A stretch of 64,000 nucleotides of DNA, taken from an uncultured Chloroflexia bacterium. GTDB lineage: Bacteria > Chloroflexota > Limnocylindria > Limnocylindrales > CSP1-4. A model generated the notes under the pieces. It was not told where the DNA came from and made no database searches. It saw nothing but the letters and a program-made list of their open reading frames with translations. The stretch's first letter is position 1, and each line of letters begins with the position of its first letter. The stretch is from positions 192,001 through 256,000 of the forward strand of contig CAWEYL010000001.1 in NCBI GenBank assembly GCA_963813335.1, in the 5' to 3' direction. This document shows positions 38,919 through 48,992 of this stretch, in pieces. The position numbers and the translations under genes are program-made.

Positions 38919-40187
38919 ATGTTCGAACGGACCGCGCTGCCGTCTGGCCCGCGCGTCATCAGCGCCCGGGTGCCCGGCGCGCGCTCTGTCTCGATCGCCG
39001 CGTACGTCCTCGCGGGATCCCGCCTCGAATCCGATGCCCAGACCGGCGTCGCCCATTTCATGGAGCACATCACCTTCAAGGGCACCCGCGCGTACCCGAC
39101 GACACGCGCCATCAGCGAGGCGATCGAGGGGGTCGGCGGCTCGTTCAACGCCGCGACCGACCGCGAGTCGACGGTGTACTGGGTGCGCGTCCCGCGGCGC
39201 GAGGCGGCTCGCGCGGTCGACGTCCTGGGCGAGCTCATCGTCCGCCCCACCCTCGCCGACGGCGAGATCGAGAGCGAGCGCGGGATCATCGTCGAGGAGA
39301 TCCGCTCGTACCTCGACGACCCCTCGGAGTACTGCCAGATCCTGTTCCAGACGGCGATGTTCGGCGACGGGCCGCTGGGCCGCGAGATCTGCGGCGACGA
39401 GGACCGCATCCGCGCGCTGCCGGCCGGCATCATTCGCGACTTCTGGCGGACGATGTACCGCCCCGGCAACACGGTCGTCGCCTTGGCCGGCGACCTCGCC
39501 CACGACGAGGCGCTGGCGCTGACCGCGAGCGCGTTCGGGACGGGGAACGGCGTCGTGCCCGGGTTCGCGCCCGCACCCGAGCTGCCCGCCGGCCCGCGTG
39601 TCGCGCTCGGCAAGCGCGACACCGCCCAGGCCCAGCTCTGCATCGGCGTCCCGGCGCTGCATCGCGACCACCCCGACAGCTGGACGCTGTCGGTCCTCAA
39701 TACCGTGCTCGGCGACGGGATGAGCAGCCGGCTCTTCCTCTCGGTCCGCGAGGAGCGCGGGCTGGCTTACGACGTCTCGTCCGGGGTCGTCGACTATGCC
39801 GATGCGGGGGCGCTCGAGATCTCGGCCGGCGTGGACCCGGCCGGTCTCGGCGAGGCGCTCGGGGCGATCCTCGCGGAGCTCGCCCGGTTGCGCGACGAGC
39901 TGGTCCCGGAGGACGAGCTGGCCAAGGCGAAGCGGTATCTCTCCGGCGGCCTGGAGCTGCGCATGGACGACACCCGCCACGTCGCCTCGTGGGTCGGCGG
40001 GCAGGAGGCGCTGCACGATCGCGTCCTCACGCTGGAGGAGGCCCTCCAGGCGGTCGACGCGGTGGACGCCGCCTCGGTCCAGCGCGTGGCCGCCGGCCTG
40101 GTGCGCGACGACGGCCTGCGGCTCGCCGCCGTCGCCCCGGCCCGCTACCTGCGCGGCCTCGATGCGCGCCTGCGGGTGCCCGGATGA
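38919..40187 (+). CDS. M16 family (pitrilysin-like) zinc peptidase
   Basis: GVAHFMEHITFKGT (HxxEH), NAAT, GMSSRLFLSVREERGLAY. Confidence 0.92.
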   Translation: MFERTALPSGPRVISARVPGARSVSIAAYVLAGSRLESDAQTGVAHFMEHITFKGTRAYPTTRAISEAIEGVGGSFNAATDRESTVYWVRVPRREAARAVDVLGELIVRPTLADGEIESERGIIVEEIRSYLDDPSEYCQILFQTAMFGDGPLGREICGDEDRIRALPAGIIRDFWRTMYRPGNTVVALAGDLAHDEALALTASAFGTGNGVVPGFAPAPELPAGPRVALGKRDTAQAQLCIGVPALHRDHPDSWTLSVLNTVLGDGMSSRLFLSVREERGLAYDVSSGVVDYADAGALEISAGVDPAGLGEALGAILAELARLRDELVPEDELAKAKRYLSGGLELRMDDTRHVASWVGGQEALHDRVLTLEEALQAVDAVDAASVQRVAAGLVRDDGLRLAAVAPARYLRGLDARLRVPG

Positions 40188-41083
40188 TCGAGCCCGACCT
40201 GACGGCCGACGCGTCGCTGCCGCCTGTCGACGCTCCCTCTCGTGGTGCCGATCTCGTGCTGGCCGGCCTCCACCTGCGGATGGGCTCGCTGTCGCTCGCC
40301 CGGGCGGAACTCGAGTCCATGGCCGGTGCCGGGGCGCTCGACGTGCCCGGTGCCGTCGACCTCGCCGAGGTGCGCTGGCGGACCGGCGACCTGGTGGGTG
40401 CGGGGGAGATCGCCGGCGAGGTCCTGGCCGGGGGCCATGAGGCCGTGGTCGTGCTGGTCATCGCCGCGGAGGCGGCCGCCGGGCTGGGACGCCCGAGCGA
40501 GGCGCGCCGGATCGCGGGCCGGGCACTGACGCTCGCCGACGGCCCGATCGACCCGGTCTTTGCCGGCATGCCCCGGTCGGCGGTGTGGCCCGCCGACCCG
40601 GCCGAGCCCGTACCGTCGACGGCCACGCTGTTCCCGCCGGACCGCGCGGCCCATCCGGGCGACGACGACGCGCCGGCACCGGACACGACGACGGCCGACG
40701 ACGACGGGCCGCACGTCCACCCCGGTCCGCTCCCCGACGACCCCGGCCTGTGGGACCAGACCGAACCCGACCTCGCGCCGGCCCGGCCGACGTGGCCGGC
40801 GCCCCCGCCGACCGACGCCGGCGAGCTGCTCGGCGCCGGCCAGCGCGCGATCGCGGCCGGGGACCTCGCGACCGCGGCGGTCGCACTGGGCCTGGTGGTA
40901 CGGCTCTCGCCGTCGCTGGCGCCGGCGGTCCTCGACGTCATCGGCGACACCGGCGATCCCGGCCTCCAGCTGGTCCGCGGCGACGCGTTCCGGGCGGTCG
41001 GGCACGAGATCGGGGCGATGCAGTCGTACGGCGCGGCCATGGCCGCCAGCCGGGCCCCGCAGGAGCCACCCGGCGGGCAGTGA
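40184..41083 (+). CDS. Hypothetical protein with TPR-like helical repeats
   Basis: ATGA coupling to the M16 gene; two helical regions separated by a Pro/Asp-rich linker. Confidence 0.55.
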   Translation: MIEPDLTADASLPPVDAPSRGADLVLAGLHLRMGSLSLARAELESMAGAGALDVPGAVDLAEVRWRTGDLVGAGEIAGEVLAGGHEAVVVLVIAAEAAAGLGRPSEARRIAGRALTLADGPIDPVFAGMPRSAVWPADPAEPVPSTATLFPPDRAAHPGDDDAPAPDTTTADDDGPHVHPGPLPDDPGLWDQTEPDLAPARPTWPAPPPTDAGELLGAGQRAIAAGDLATAAVALGLVVRLSPSLAPAVLDVIGDTGDPGLQLVRGDAFRAVGHEIGAMQSYGAAMAASRAPQEPPGGQ

Positions 41084-41172
41084 CCCCGTGCGCTCGACCC
41101 GCGTCCGGTCGACCCGCGTCCCAGCCGATACGATATCGGGCGTCCAGCACGGAATCCGTATCCAAGGGAACC

Positions 41173-41640
41173 ATGTCAGCCTCTGAACGGACCCTCGTCC
41201 TCATCAAGCCCGACGGCGTCCAGCGCCAGCTGGTCGGGCGGATCATCGACCGCTATGAAGAGCGGGGCCTCAAGCTCGTCGGCCTCAAGCTCGTCCAGGT
41301 CGACCGCGCCCTCGCGGAGCGCCACTACGCGGCCCACCGCGAGAAGCCGTTCTTCGGCGGGCTCGTGGACTTCATCGTCTCGGCACCGCTGGTGGCGGCC
41401 GCGCTGGAGGGCCCGAACGCGATCGCGGTGGTCCGCGCGATCAACGGCGCGACCCGCCCGCACGAGGCGGCGCCGGGCACGATCCGCGGCGACTACGCGC
41501 TCGAGACCGCGCAGAACATCGTCCACGCTTCGGACGGGCCCGAGGCCTCGGTTGCCGAGCTGGCCCTCTGGTTCAGGCCGGAGGAGCTGTTCGACTACGA
41601 GCGCGACGTCGACCGCTGGGTGCTCGCCCCGGGCGAGTAG
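41173..41640 (+). CDS. ndk: Nucleoside-diphosphate kinase
   Basis: [34 protein letters not shown]. Confidence 0.96.
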   Translation: MSASERTLVLIKPDGVQRQLVGRIIDRYEERGLKLVGLKLVQVDRALAERHYAAHREKPFFGGLVDFIVSAPLVAAALEGPNAIAVVRAINGATRPHEAAPGTIRGDYALETAQNIVHASDGPEASVAELALWFRPEELFDYERDVDRWVLAPGE

Positions 41641-41646
41641 GCGCGG

Positions 41647-43197
41647 TCAGTCGGTCGCGATCGGCTGGAACGAATCGCCGGGGGACGCTTCGCCCGGCAC
41701 CGGCGACGGGATCTCGAACGACGCGCCCGGCTCCGGCGCCGGCTCGAACGACTCGGTCGGTCCCTCCGCGCCCGGCGCGAACCCGGCGGCCGCGGCGGGT
41801 CCGCCCAGGCCGCCCGCCGCCACCACCAGCGAGAGCACCGCGAGGCCGACGGTCAGCAGCGAGGCGAGCGCGGCCCGGTTCGTCGCCCAGAACGTCGCCG
41901 CCGACGTGCGCGCATCGGTCAGGTCGAGCGGTGTCCGGCGCGGCAGGCCGCCGCGCCCGACCGGCGCCGGGACCTCCGCGGGCGGCCGCCGGACGCCGAT
42001 GACCAGCAGCCGCGCCTCATAGGCGAGCGGCGCGAACGTCCCGAGCAGCACCAGTGCGCCGAGCGGCGCGCCGACCGCGAGGTTCACCAGCGAGGCACGC
42101 GCGTCGAACGCGGCCATGCCCGGGAGGCCGATCCCGGCCAGCACGATCAGGCCGAAGGCGATCGCGAGGACAGGGGAGCGGACCGCCCAGCCGCGGAGAT
42201 CCGGGATGCGACCCGTCCCGTACGTGGTTCGCAGCGAGGCCGCCCACGCCGCGAACGCGCTCCGCGTGACGATGTAGGCGAGGATCCAGATCCGGGCCGG
42301 CGCCCACGCATCGGGGTCGAGCGCGGCGATGGCCAGCAGCACGACCCCGGCGTCGCCGATGATGGAGTAGCCGACCACGTGCTCGAGGTCGTCCTGGAGC
42401 CACGCGGCGAGGGCCGCCAGGACGATCGTGGCGACGGCCACGCCGAGCACGATCGCGCGCTCCGCGTCCATCTCGACGAGCAGCGGCGCCACGGAGGCGT
42501 CGGTCCAGGCCAGAGCCACGACGGCGAAGGCCGCGGGACCCCACGCCGTGACGACCGGCAGCGCGGCCTCCGGGATCGTGTCGGTCAGCCGAGCGGCCCA
42601 GACATGGAACGGGATCGCGCCGAACCGGATGGCCACGGCCAGCGCGAACGCGAGGTAGGCCAGCCCGAACACGACCGGCTGCGCGACAAGCTGGCTGAGG
42701 TCGCGGCCGATCCATGCCGCCGCCGCGATCGCCATCGCGCCGGCCACCGTGAGGGCGCGCAGCTCGAGCGTGCCGATGGTCGCGGCCGCCCGGTCGCCGC
42801 CCGGGACGACCGTCAGGAGCACGGCCAGGAGGCCGCCGGCGGTGATGGCCAGGACGGCGATGCGAGGGTCCGCGAGCGACATCGCCAGCGCCGCCGCTCC
42901 GAGCGTGCCGAGCGTCACGGCCGGGGCGTCGCGGCGCGACCCGGTCGCGAACCCGATGACCGCCAGCGCCAGCCCGATGCTCGAGCCCAGGACCAGGAAG
43001 AGGCGGAGGTACGCCGAGGTCGCGACGACCGTGCCGCCGATGGTCATGTGCTCGGTCGGGTCGATGGCCAGGGCGGCGACGACCGCGACGGCCAGCCCGC
43101 CCAGCCCCACGACGGCCGACCCGATCGGGCGGCGACTGACGAGGAGCGCGAGCCCGGTCGCTCCGAAGGTGACCGCGAGGAAGATGGCGAGCGTCAC
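41647..43197 (-). CDS. Proton-conducting membrane transporter family protein (NuoN/MrpD/HyfB-like), divergent
   Basis: IRFGAIPFHVW, QDDLEHVVGYS, GIGLPGMAAF; many TM helices. Confidence 0.7.
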   Translation of the reverse strand: MTLAIFLAVTFGATGLALLVSRRPIGSAVVGLGGLAVAVVAALAIDPTEHMTIGGTVVATSAYLRLFLVLGSSIGLALAVIGFATGSRRDAPAVTLGTLGAAALAMSLADPRIAVLAITAGGLLAVLLTVVPGGDRAAATIGTLELRALTVAGAMAIAAAAWIGRDLSQLVAQPVVFGLAYLAFALAVAIRFGAIPFHVWAARLTDTIPEAALPVVTAWGPAAFAVVALAWTDASVAPLLVEMDAERAIVLGVAVATIVLAALAAWLQDDLEHVVGYSIIGDAGVVLLAIAALDPDAWAPARIWILAYIVTRSAFAAWAASLRTTYGTGRIPDLRGWAVRSPVLAIAFGLIVLAGIGLPGMAAFDARASLVNLAVGAPLGALVLLGTFAPLAYEARLLVIGVRRPPAEVPAPVGRGGLPRRTPLDLTDARTSAATFWATNRAALASLLTVGLAVLSLVVAAGGLGGPAAAAGFAPGAEGPTESFEPAPEPGASFEIPSPVPGEASPGDSFQPIATD

Positions 43198-43844
43198 CGT
43201 CGGTCGATCGGTCGGGCGTCGGCCGGCCGGACCCCGCGGGGCCGGCCGGGGGTCGTGAGCTCGAAGCCGTCGGCGCCGTCGCGGCTGGCCGACACCGCGA
43301 GGATCGCGACCGCCCCGCCGAGCCCGGCGATGAGCCCCGCGGTGACGAGCTGCTCGAGCGCACCGGGGGTGCCGCCCAGGGCGACGCGCACCAGCAGGGC
43401 GCCATCGGTCAGCAGCAGCAGGCCGATCCCGACGCGCACGACGTCGCGGCCGGTCCACAGCGGCGCGACCGCGAGCGCCGCGAGGGCGAAGCCGGCCGCC
43501 TGGGCGAGCGCGGGACCCTGGCCGACCACGCCGAGTCCGTGCGTCCCATAGCCGACGGTCGCGGCGGCGGCGGCGACGGCCGCCTCGGCGGCCCAGCCGA
43601 GCCGGGAGCCGCCGGTCAGCGCCCCGCCCGTCCGCAGCGCGATCCACAGCAGGTAGGCGGCCAGGACCGCCCCGACGACCCGGGCGGCCAGGCCGAGGGT
43701 GTCGGCCAGCGGATCGGCCAGGAACGGGGACCCGATGAGGAGGACGGCCAGCCCGAGGACCGCGGCCCGGGCATCCCGGACCGAGACCGCCACGATCGCG
43801 CCGATCGTGATGGCGAGGGCGACCCCCGCCAGGGCAGGGTTCAC
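43194..43844 (-). CDS. Hypothetical polytopic membrane protein
   Basis: About 6-7 TM helices; coupled by GTGA overlaps to both neighbours. Confidence 0.65.
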   Translation of the reverse strand: MNPALAGVALAITIGAIVAVSVRDARAAVLGLAVLLIGSPFLADPLADTLGLAARVVGAVLAAYLLWIALRTGGALTGGSRLGWAAEAAVAAAAATVGYGTHGLGVVGQGPALAQAAGFALAALAVAPLWTGRDVVRVGIGLLLLTDGALLVRVALGGTPGALEQLVTAGLIAGLGGAVAILAVSASRDGADGFELTTPGRPRGVRPADARPIDRR

Positions 43845-44440
43845 GGCGTGACCGGCACCAACGCTGGGTAGGTGGGCGTCGGGAGGATCCCGAACGTGTC
43901 GAGCGGCCAGTAGCGGAGCCACGCCCGGCCGACCACGTTGTCGACGGGGACCGTGCCGTGGGCGCGCGAATCCGAGGAGTTGGACCGGTGGTCGCCCATG
44001 AGGAAGAGCTCGCCCTGCGGGATCACCCAGTTCGACTGGTCCGAGTCCGCGGTCGTCGGCTGGGGCGGCCCGCCGGGCACGTCCGAGTAGATGTACGGCT
44101 CGTCCAGCGCGGTCCCGTTGACGTAGACCAGGCCGTCGCGGATCTCGACCGTGTCGCCGCCGACACCGATGACGCGCTTGATGTACGGCGTGTCGTCGAA
44201 CGGGCCCCAGTCGGGTGGCGGCTTGAAGACCACGATGTCCCCGCGCTTGTAGGCGTCCCAGCGGGGGGTGAGCTTGTCGACCAGGACGTACTGGTCGGGC
44301 TCGAGCGTGTGCTCCATCGACTGCATCTGCACCTTGTAGGGCTGCGCGACGAAGTTCTGGATGACGAAGAAGATGATGAGCGTGAGGGCCAGGGTCTCGA
44401 CGATCTCGAAGAGGCACCCGAGCGCGGGCCGTTTGCTCAC
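43841..44440 (-). CDS. lepB: Signal peptidase I
   Basis: SMEHTL, RGDIVVF, YIKRVIG, MGDHRSNSSDSR. Confidence 0.95.
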   Translation of the reverse strand: MSKRPALGCLFEIVETLALTLIIFFVIQNFVAQPYKVQMQSMEHTLEPDQYVLVDKLTPRWDAYKRGDIVVFKPPPDWGPFDDTPYIKRVIGVGGDTVEIRDGLVYVNGTALDEPYIYSDVPGGPPQPTTADSDQSNWVIPQGELFLMGDHRSNSSDSRAHGTVPVDNVVGRAWLRYWPLDTFGILPTPTYPALVPVTP

Positions 44441-44540
44441 AAGGCGCGTCGGTGGGTCACAAGTCCGGCAGTATAGGGGCTGTCCGGCACGACCGCCGTG
44501 GGCGTCGAGGCCGACTGCATATCGGGCCGATGACGCGGGT

Positions 44541-44570
44541 TTGACCCGCTCTCCGGCGCCTTGCTACACT
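44541..44570 (+). promoter_or_regulatory. Sigma70-type promoter for hppA
   Basis: TTGACC-N18-TACACT with TG extension. Confidence 0.55.
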
Positions 44571-44719
44571 CGCCGCCGGCCTGCAAGGTCCCACTCGCCG
44601 ATGCATGGGACGGGCGGCCGGCAGCACGCATTCCCCGGACATGTCGCCCCAAGGCGGCGCCCATCACGCGCCCGACCGCCCGGGGCGACCAGCCCATTCG
44701 TGGAGGACCCTCTGACCTG

Positions 44720-46954
44720 ATGGATGCCAGTGCGCTCCAGCTGATCATCCTGCCCGCAGGTTTGATCGCCGTGCTCTTCGCGATCTACCTCGCCCGCGAC
44801 GTCCTCAGCCGTGACACGGGCACCCAGGAGATGCAGGACGTCGCCGGCACCATCTACGAGGGCGCGGTCGCGTTCATCCGGCGCCAGTACACGACGATCG
44901 CCATCCTGGCGCTCGTCGGGGCCGTCCTGATCGGCATCATCATCACGCTCGTCGAGACCGCGGCGGTCGCAGACGTCCCGAAGCTCGCCGGGCTCCCGAT
45001 CGGGCTCATGACGGCGTTCGCGTTCCTGGTGGGCGCCGCCTGCTCGATGGCCTCGGGCATCATCGGCATGTTCGTGGCGGTCAAGGCCAACGTCCGCACG
45101 GCCTCCGCGGCGCGACGGAGCCTCGTCGAGGCCGTCCAGGTCGCGATGCGCGGCGGCGCCGTCTCGGGGTTCCTCGTCGTCTCGCTGTCGCTCCTCGGCG
45201 TGTGGGGCATCTTCACCCTCTACCAGAACTTCGTCGGCGACGTCACCGTGGCCGACGCGCCATTCCTCATCGTCGGCTTCGGCTTCGGCGCCTCGTTCGT
45301 GGCCCTGTTCGCCCAGCTCGGCGGCGGGATCTACACCAAGGCCGCCGACGTCGGGTCCGACCTCGTCGGCAAGGTGGAGAAGGGCATCCCCGAGGACGAT
45401 CCCCGCAACGCGGGCGTCGTCGCGGACCTGGTCGGCGACAACGTCGGCGACTGCGCCGGCCGCGGCGCGGACCTCTTCGAGTCCACCGCCGCCGAGAACA
45501 TCGGCGCGATGATCCTGGGCGTCGCGGTCTTCACGATCGCGTCCGCCTCGGGCTGGCCGCACCCCGAAGCCTGGATCTTCTTCCCGCTCGTTGTCCGCGC
45601 CTTCGGGCTCCTGGCGACGATCGTGGCGATCTTCTTCGTCCGCGGCAAGGAGACCGAGGACCCGATGAACATGCTCAACCGCGGCTACTGGGTCACGACC
45701 CTGCTGTCCGTGGTCGGGCTGGCCATCACGACCTCGGTGATGATGCAGACCAACGGCGGCGTCGGGACCATCTTCGCCCTGCCGACCTGGGTCTACTTCT
45801 TCTTCGCCGGCGTCGTCGGCCTGGCGACCAGCGTCGCGTTCGTCTACATCACCCAGTTCTATACCGCCGGCTCGTTCCGGCCGGTACGCGAGATCGCCGA
45901 GGCCTCCAAGACGGGTCCGGCGACCAACATCATCAGCGGCACCGCGGTCGGCTTCGAGACCACCCTGGTCACCGCGGTCACGATCTCCATCGCGCTGTTC
46001 GTGAGCTTCTGGCTCGGCGACCACGCGGGGCTGGTCAGCGCCGACGGCAAGAACGTCGGTGGCATCTTCGGCACCGCGGTCGCGACGATGGGCATGCTCA
46101 TGACCACCGCCTACATCCTCGCCATGGACACCTTCGGCCCGATCACCGACAACGCCGGCGGCATCGCCGAGTTCAGCCGGGCCGAGAAGGGCGCGCGCGA
46201 GATCACCGACCGGCTCGACGCCGTCGGCAACACGACCAAGGCCCTGACCAAGGGCTACGCGATCGCCTCCGCGTCGCTGGCGGCGTTCCTGCTGTTCAGC
46301 GCCTACATCAACAAGATCAACGTGATCCAGGGCCGGCGCATCGAGGCCGGCATCGACGGCGCCAAGCTCCTCGAGTCCGTCAACCTCGCCAACGTCAACG
46401 TCTTCATCGCGGCGCTCCTCGCGGCGATGCTCGTCTACTTCTTCTCGAGCCTGGCCATCCGCGCGGTCGGCAAGACGGCCCAGTCGATCATCGTCGAGGT
46501 CCGCCGCCAGTTCCGCGACATGCCCGGGATCATGGACTACACCCAGCGACCGGACTACGCCCGCGTCGTCGACATCACGACCAAGGCCGCCCTCCGCGAG
46601 ATGGTCGCCCCGGGGCTGGTCGCCGTCGCGACGCCGATCCTCATCGGCGTCTTCCTCGGCTACGAAGCGGTCGCTGGCATGCTGATGGTCGGGACCATCT
46701 CGGGCGTCATGCTCGCGACCGTCCTCAACAACGGCGGCGGCGCGTGGGACAACGCGAAGAAGTACATCGAGTCGGGCCAACTCAAGGACGACGAGGGCAA
46801 CGTGCTCGGCAAGGGCTCCGACGCGCACGCCGCGGCCGTCGTCGGCGACACCGTCGGTGACCCCTTCAAGGACACCGCCGGCCCGTCGCTCCACGTCCTG
46901 GTAAAGCTGCTTGCCACCATCACGCTGGTGCTCGCTCCGCTCTTCATCCGCTGA
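44720..46954 (+). CDS. hppA: Membrane-integral pyrophosphatase, predicted K+-independent H+-PPase
   Basis: GGGIYTKAADVGSDLVGKVE, EDDPRN, DNVGD, GPITDNAGG, GNTTKA, GGAWDNAKK, GDPFKDT. Confidence 0.95.
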   Translation: MDASALQLIILPAGLIAVLFAIYLARDVLSRDTGTQEMQDVAGTIYEGAVAFIRRQYTTIAILALVGAVLIGIIITLVETAAVADVPKLAGLPIGLMTAFAFLVGAACSMASGIIGMFVAVKANVRTASAARRSLVEAVQVAMRGGAVSGFLVVSLSLLGVWGIFTLYQNFVGDVTVADAPFLIVGFGFGASFVALFAQLGGGIYTKAADVGSDLVGKVEKGIPEDDPRNAGVVADLVGDNVGDCAGRGADLFESTAAENIGAMILGVAVFTIASASGWPHPEAWIFFPLVVRAFGLLATIVAIFFVRGKETEDPMNMLNRGYWVTTLLSVVGLAITTSVMMQTNGGVGTIFALPTWVYFFFAGVVGLATSVAFVYITQFYTAGSFRPVREIAEASKTGPATNIISGTAVGFETTLVTAVTISIALFVSFWLGDHAGLVSADGKNVGGIFGTAVATMGMLMTTAYILAMDTFGPITDNAGGIAEFSRAEKGAREITDRLDAVGNTTKALTKGYAIASASLAAFLLFSAYINKINVIQGRRIEAGIDGAKLLESVNLANVNVFIAALLAAMLVYFFSSLAIRAVGKTAQSIIVEVRRQFRDMPGIMDYTQRPDYARVVDITTKAALREMVAPGLVAVATPILIGVFLGYEAVAGMLMVGTISGVMLATVLNNGGGAWDNAKKYIESGQLKDDEGNVLGKGSDAHAAAVVGDTVGDPFKDTAGPSLHVLVKLLATITLVLAPLFIR

Positions 46955-46980
46955 CCCGAACCGAGAATCTCGGCGCCTAG

Positions 46981-47820
46981 ATGGACACCGTCTTCCAGGC
47001 CCTCGTGATGGGGATCGTGCAGGGACTCACCGAGTTCCTGCCGGTCTCGTCGTCCGGGCACCTGATCCTGGTGCCCTGGCTCTTCGGCTGGACGGACCCG
47101 TTCATCAACTCGCTGGCGTTCAGCGTGATGCTCCACGTAGGCACGCTCGGGGCGCTGCTCATCTACTTCGCGTCGGACTGGATCCGGCTGATCCCGGCCG
47201 GTCTGGCGACCATCCGCGATCGCTCGTTCCGCGGCGATCCGGACCGCAAGCTCGCCTGGCTGCTGCTGGCGGCCACGCTGCCCGCCGCGATCGCCGGCTA
47301 CTTCCTGAACGACATCTTCGAGGAGGCGGTCCGTGCCCCGGGCGTCGTCGCCCTGACGCTGATCGTCGGCGGCGTGATCCTGTGGCTGGCAGACCGCCTT
47401 GGCGCGACGACGAAGCGCATCGGCGATGTCACGTTCCCGCTGGCCTTCGGGCTGGGTGTCGCGCAGGCGATCGCGCTGGTTCCCGGCATCAGCCGGTCGG
47501 GCATCTCGATCTCGGCGGCCCGGTTCGCCGGGCTCGACCGTGCCTCGGCGACGCGCTTCAGTTTCCTCATGGCCACCCCAGTGACCGCCGGCGCGGCGCT
47601 GTTCGAGTTCCGCAAGCTGGTCGCCGGCGAGTCCGGGGTCGACGTCAGCATCGCTCCGCTGCTCGTCGGCCTCGTCGCCGCGTTCCTGTCGGGCCTCGTC
47701 GCGATCCGCGTGCTGCTGACCTACGTCCGCACCCACTCGTTCGACGTCTTCGTGGTGTACCGGTTCGTGCTCGCAGGGGGCGTGCTGCTGCTCATCGCGA
47801 CCGGGATCCGGCCCGCCTAG
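46981..47820 (+). CDS. uppP: Undecaprenyl-diphosphate phosphatase
   Basis: QGLTEFLPVSSSGH, PGISRSG, FSFLM. Confidence 0.95.
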   Translation: MDTVFQALVMGIVQGLTEFLPVSSSGHLILVPWLFGWTDPFINSLAFSVMLHVGTLGALLIYFASDWIRLIPAGLATIRDRSFRGDPDRKLAWLLLAATLPAAIAGYFLNDIFEEAVRAPGVVALTLIVGGVILWLADRLGATTKRIGDVTFPLAFGLGVAQAIALVPGISRSGISISAARFAGLDRASATRFSFLMATPVTAGAALFEFRKLVAGESGVDVSIAPLLVGLVAAFLSGLVAIRVLLTYVRTHSFDVFVVYRFVLAGGVLLLIATGIRPA

Positions 47821-47827
47821 GCCGGCC

Positions 47828-48310
47828 ATGGAGGTCATGAAGCAGCTCCGCCAGCGGGCCATCCGGGACCTCGTCGAGCAGCGCCCCATCCGGACCCAGC
47901 AGGAGCTCGCGACCGCGCTGCGCGAGCGCGGGTTCCGCACCACCCAGGCGACCATCAGCCGCGATGTCGCCGAGCTGGGCCTGATCAAGGTCGCGCGCGA
48001 GGGCACCGCCGCCTACGCGCTGCCGCCGCGGCTCATCGAGGCCGAGACGTCCGGCGAGGACCGTCTGCGCAAGCTCCTGTCCGACCTGCCGCTCGAGATC
48101 CACGAGGCCGGGCTGCTGCTCGTCCTGCGCACGCTGCCGGGGTCGGCGCACGCCATCGCCGCCGCGCTCGACCGCGCTCGCTGGCCCGAGGTCGCCGGCT
48201 CCATCGCCGGCGACGACACGCTCTTCGTGGCGCTCCCGGACCGCGGCTCACTGCAGCGCATCAAGCGTCGGCTCCTGCGCCTGTCCGAGGGCGGGCCGCC
48301 GCAGCCTTGA
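47828..48310 (+). CDS. argR: Arginine repressor
   Basis: TQQEL, TQATISRD, GSIAGDDT. Confidence 0.93.
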   Translation: MEVMKQLRQRAIRDLVEQRPIRTQQELATALRERGFRTTQATISRDVAELGLIKVAREGTAAYALPPRLIEAETSGEDRLRKLLSDLPLEIHEAGLLLVLRTLPGSAHAIAAALDRARWPEVAGSIAGDDTLFVALPDRGSLQRIKRRLLRLSEGGPPQP

Positions 48311-48348
48311 CGGGACTGGTCCGGGCCGCATCGGCCGTTTCGCGTGCT

Positions 48349-48377
48349 TTGACAGCCGAACGGCACCGCACTACCAT
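48349..48377 (+). promoter_or_regulatory. Sigma70-type promoter for greA
   Basis: TTGACA-N17-TACCAT. Confidence 0.75.
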
Positions 48378-48390
48378 TCGGGCCCGGTCG

Positions 48391-48443
48391 GAACTTCAGG
48401 TGCGCGGATCCAGTGCCGCGAGCCACCTGGAGTTCTTTCCTTT
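48391..48443 (+). terminator. Intrinsic terminator/attenuator in the greA leader
   Basis: GAACTTCAGGTG...CACCTGGAGTTC stem with inner CGCGG/CCGCG, followed by TTTCCTTT; lies downstream of the promoter. Confidence 0.65.
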
Positions 48444-48507
48444 ATCCAGCTTGACCGCCCAGCCCGGTCAGACCACTTGACCACCTGCAGCGCGGGGGCC
48501 ACAGGAC

Positions 48508-48972
48508 GTGAACAACAAGCCCACCTACCTCTCGAAGGAGGGTCTCACCAAGCTCCGCTCGGAGCTTGACGAGATGATCAGCGTCAAGCGGCCCGAGGTC
48601 GCGAATCGGATCCATGACGCCAAGGAACACGGCGACCTGTCCGAGAACGCGGAGTACGAGGACGCCAAGAACGAGCAGGCGTTCGTCGAAGGCAAGATCC
48701 AGACGCTCGAGGCGCTGATCAAGAACGCCACGATCATCGACGAGAATCACTCGACCGAGCACGTCCAGATCGGCTCGACCGTGTCGGTCGAGAGCACCGA
48801 CGGCAGTGAGACCTTCACGATCGTCGGCTCGGCGGAGGCGAAGCCCGGGGAGGGCCGCATCTCCAACGAGAGCCCGGTCGGTCGCGCCCTGCTCGGCAAG
48901 CGCAAGGGCGACAAGATCCTCGTGCGCGTGCCCGCCGGCGACTTCTCCTACAAGATCGTCAGCATCACCTAG
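48508..48972 (+). CDS. greA: Transcription elongation factor GreA
   Basis: HGDLSENAEYEDAK, IVGSAEA, ISNESPVGRALLG. Confidence 0.96.
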   Translation: MNNKPTYLSKEGLTKLRSELDEMISVKRPEVANRIHDAKEHGDLSENAEYEDAKNEQAFVEGKIQTLEALIKNATIIDENHSTEHVQIGSTVSVESTDGSETFTIVGSAEAKPGEGRISNESPVGRALLGKRKGDKILVRVPAGDFSYKIVSIT

Positions 48973-48992
48973 AAGTAGCCCGCGGAGGGCAC

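Noticed and set aside
41095-41125. TCGACCCGCGTCC direct repeat upstream of ndk
   Set aside because: Two short GC-rich copies with no further support.
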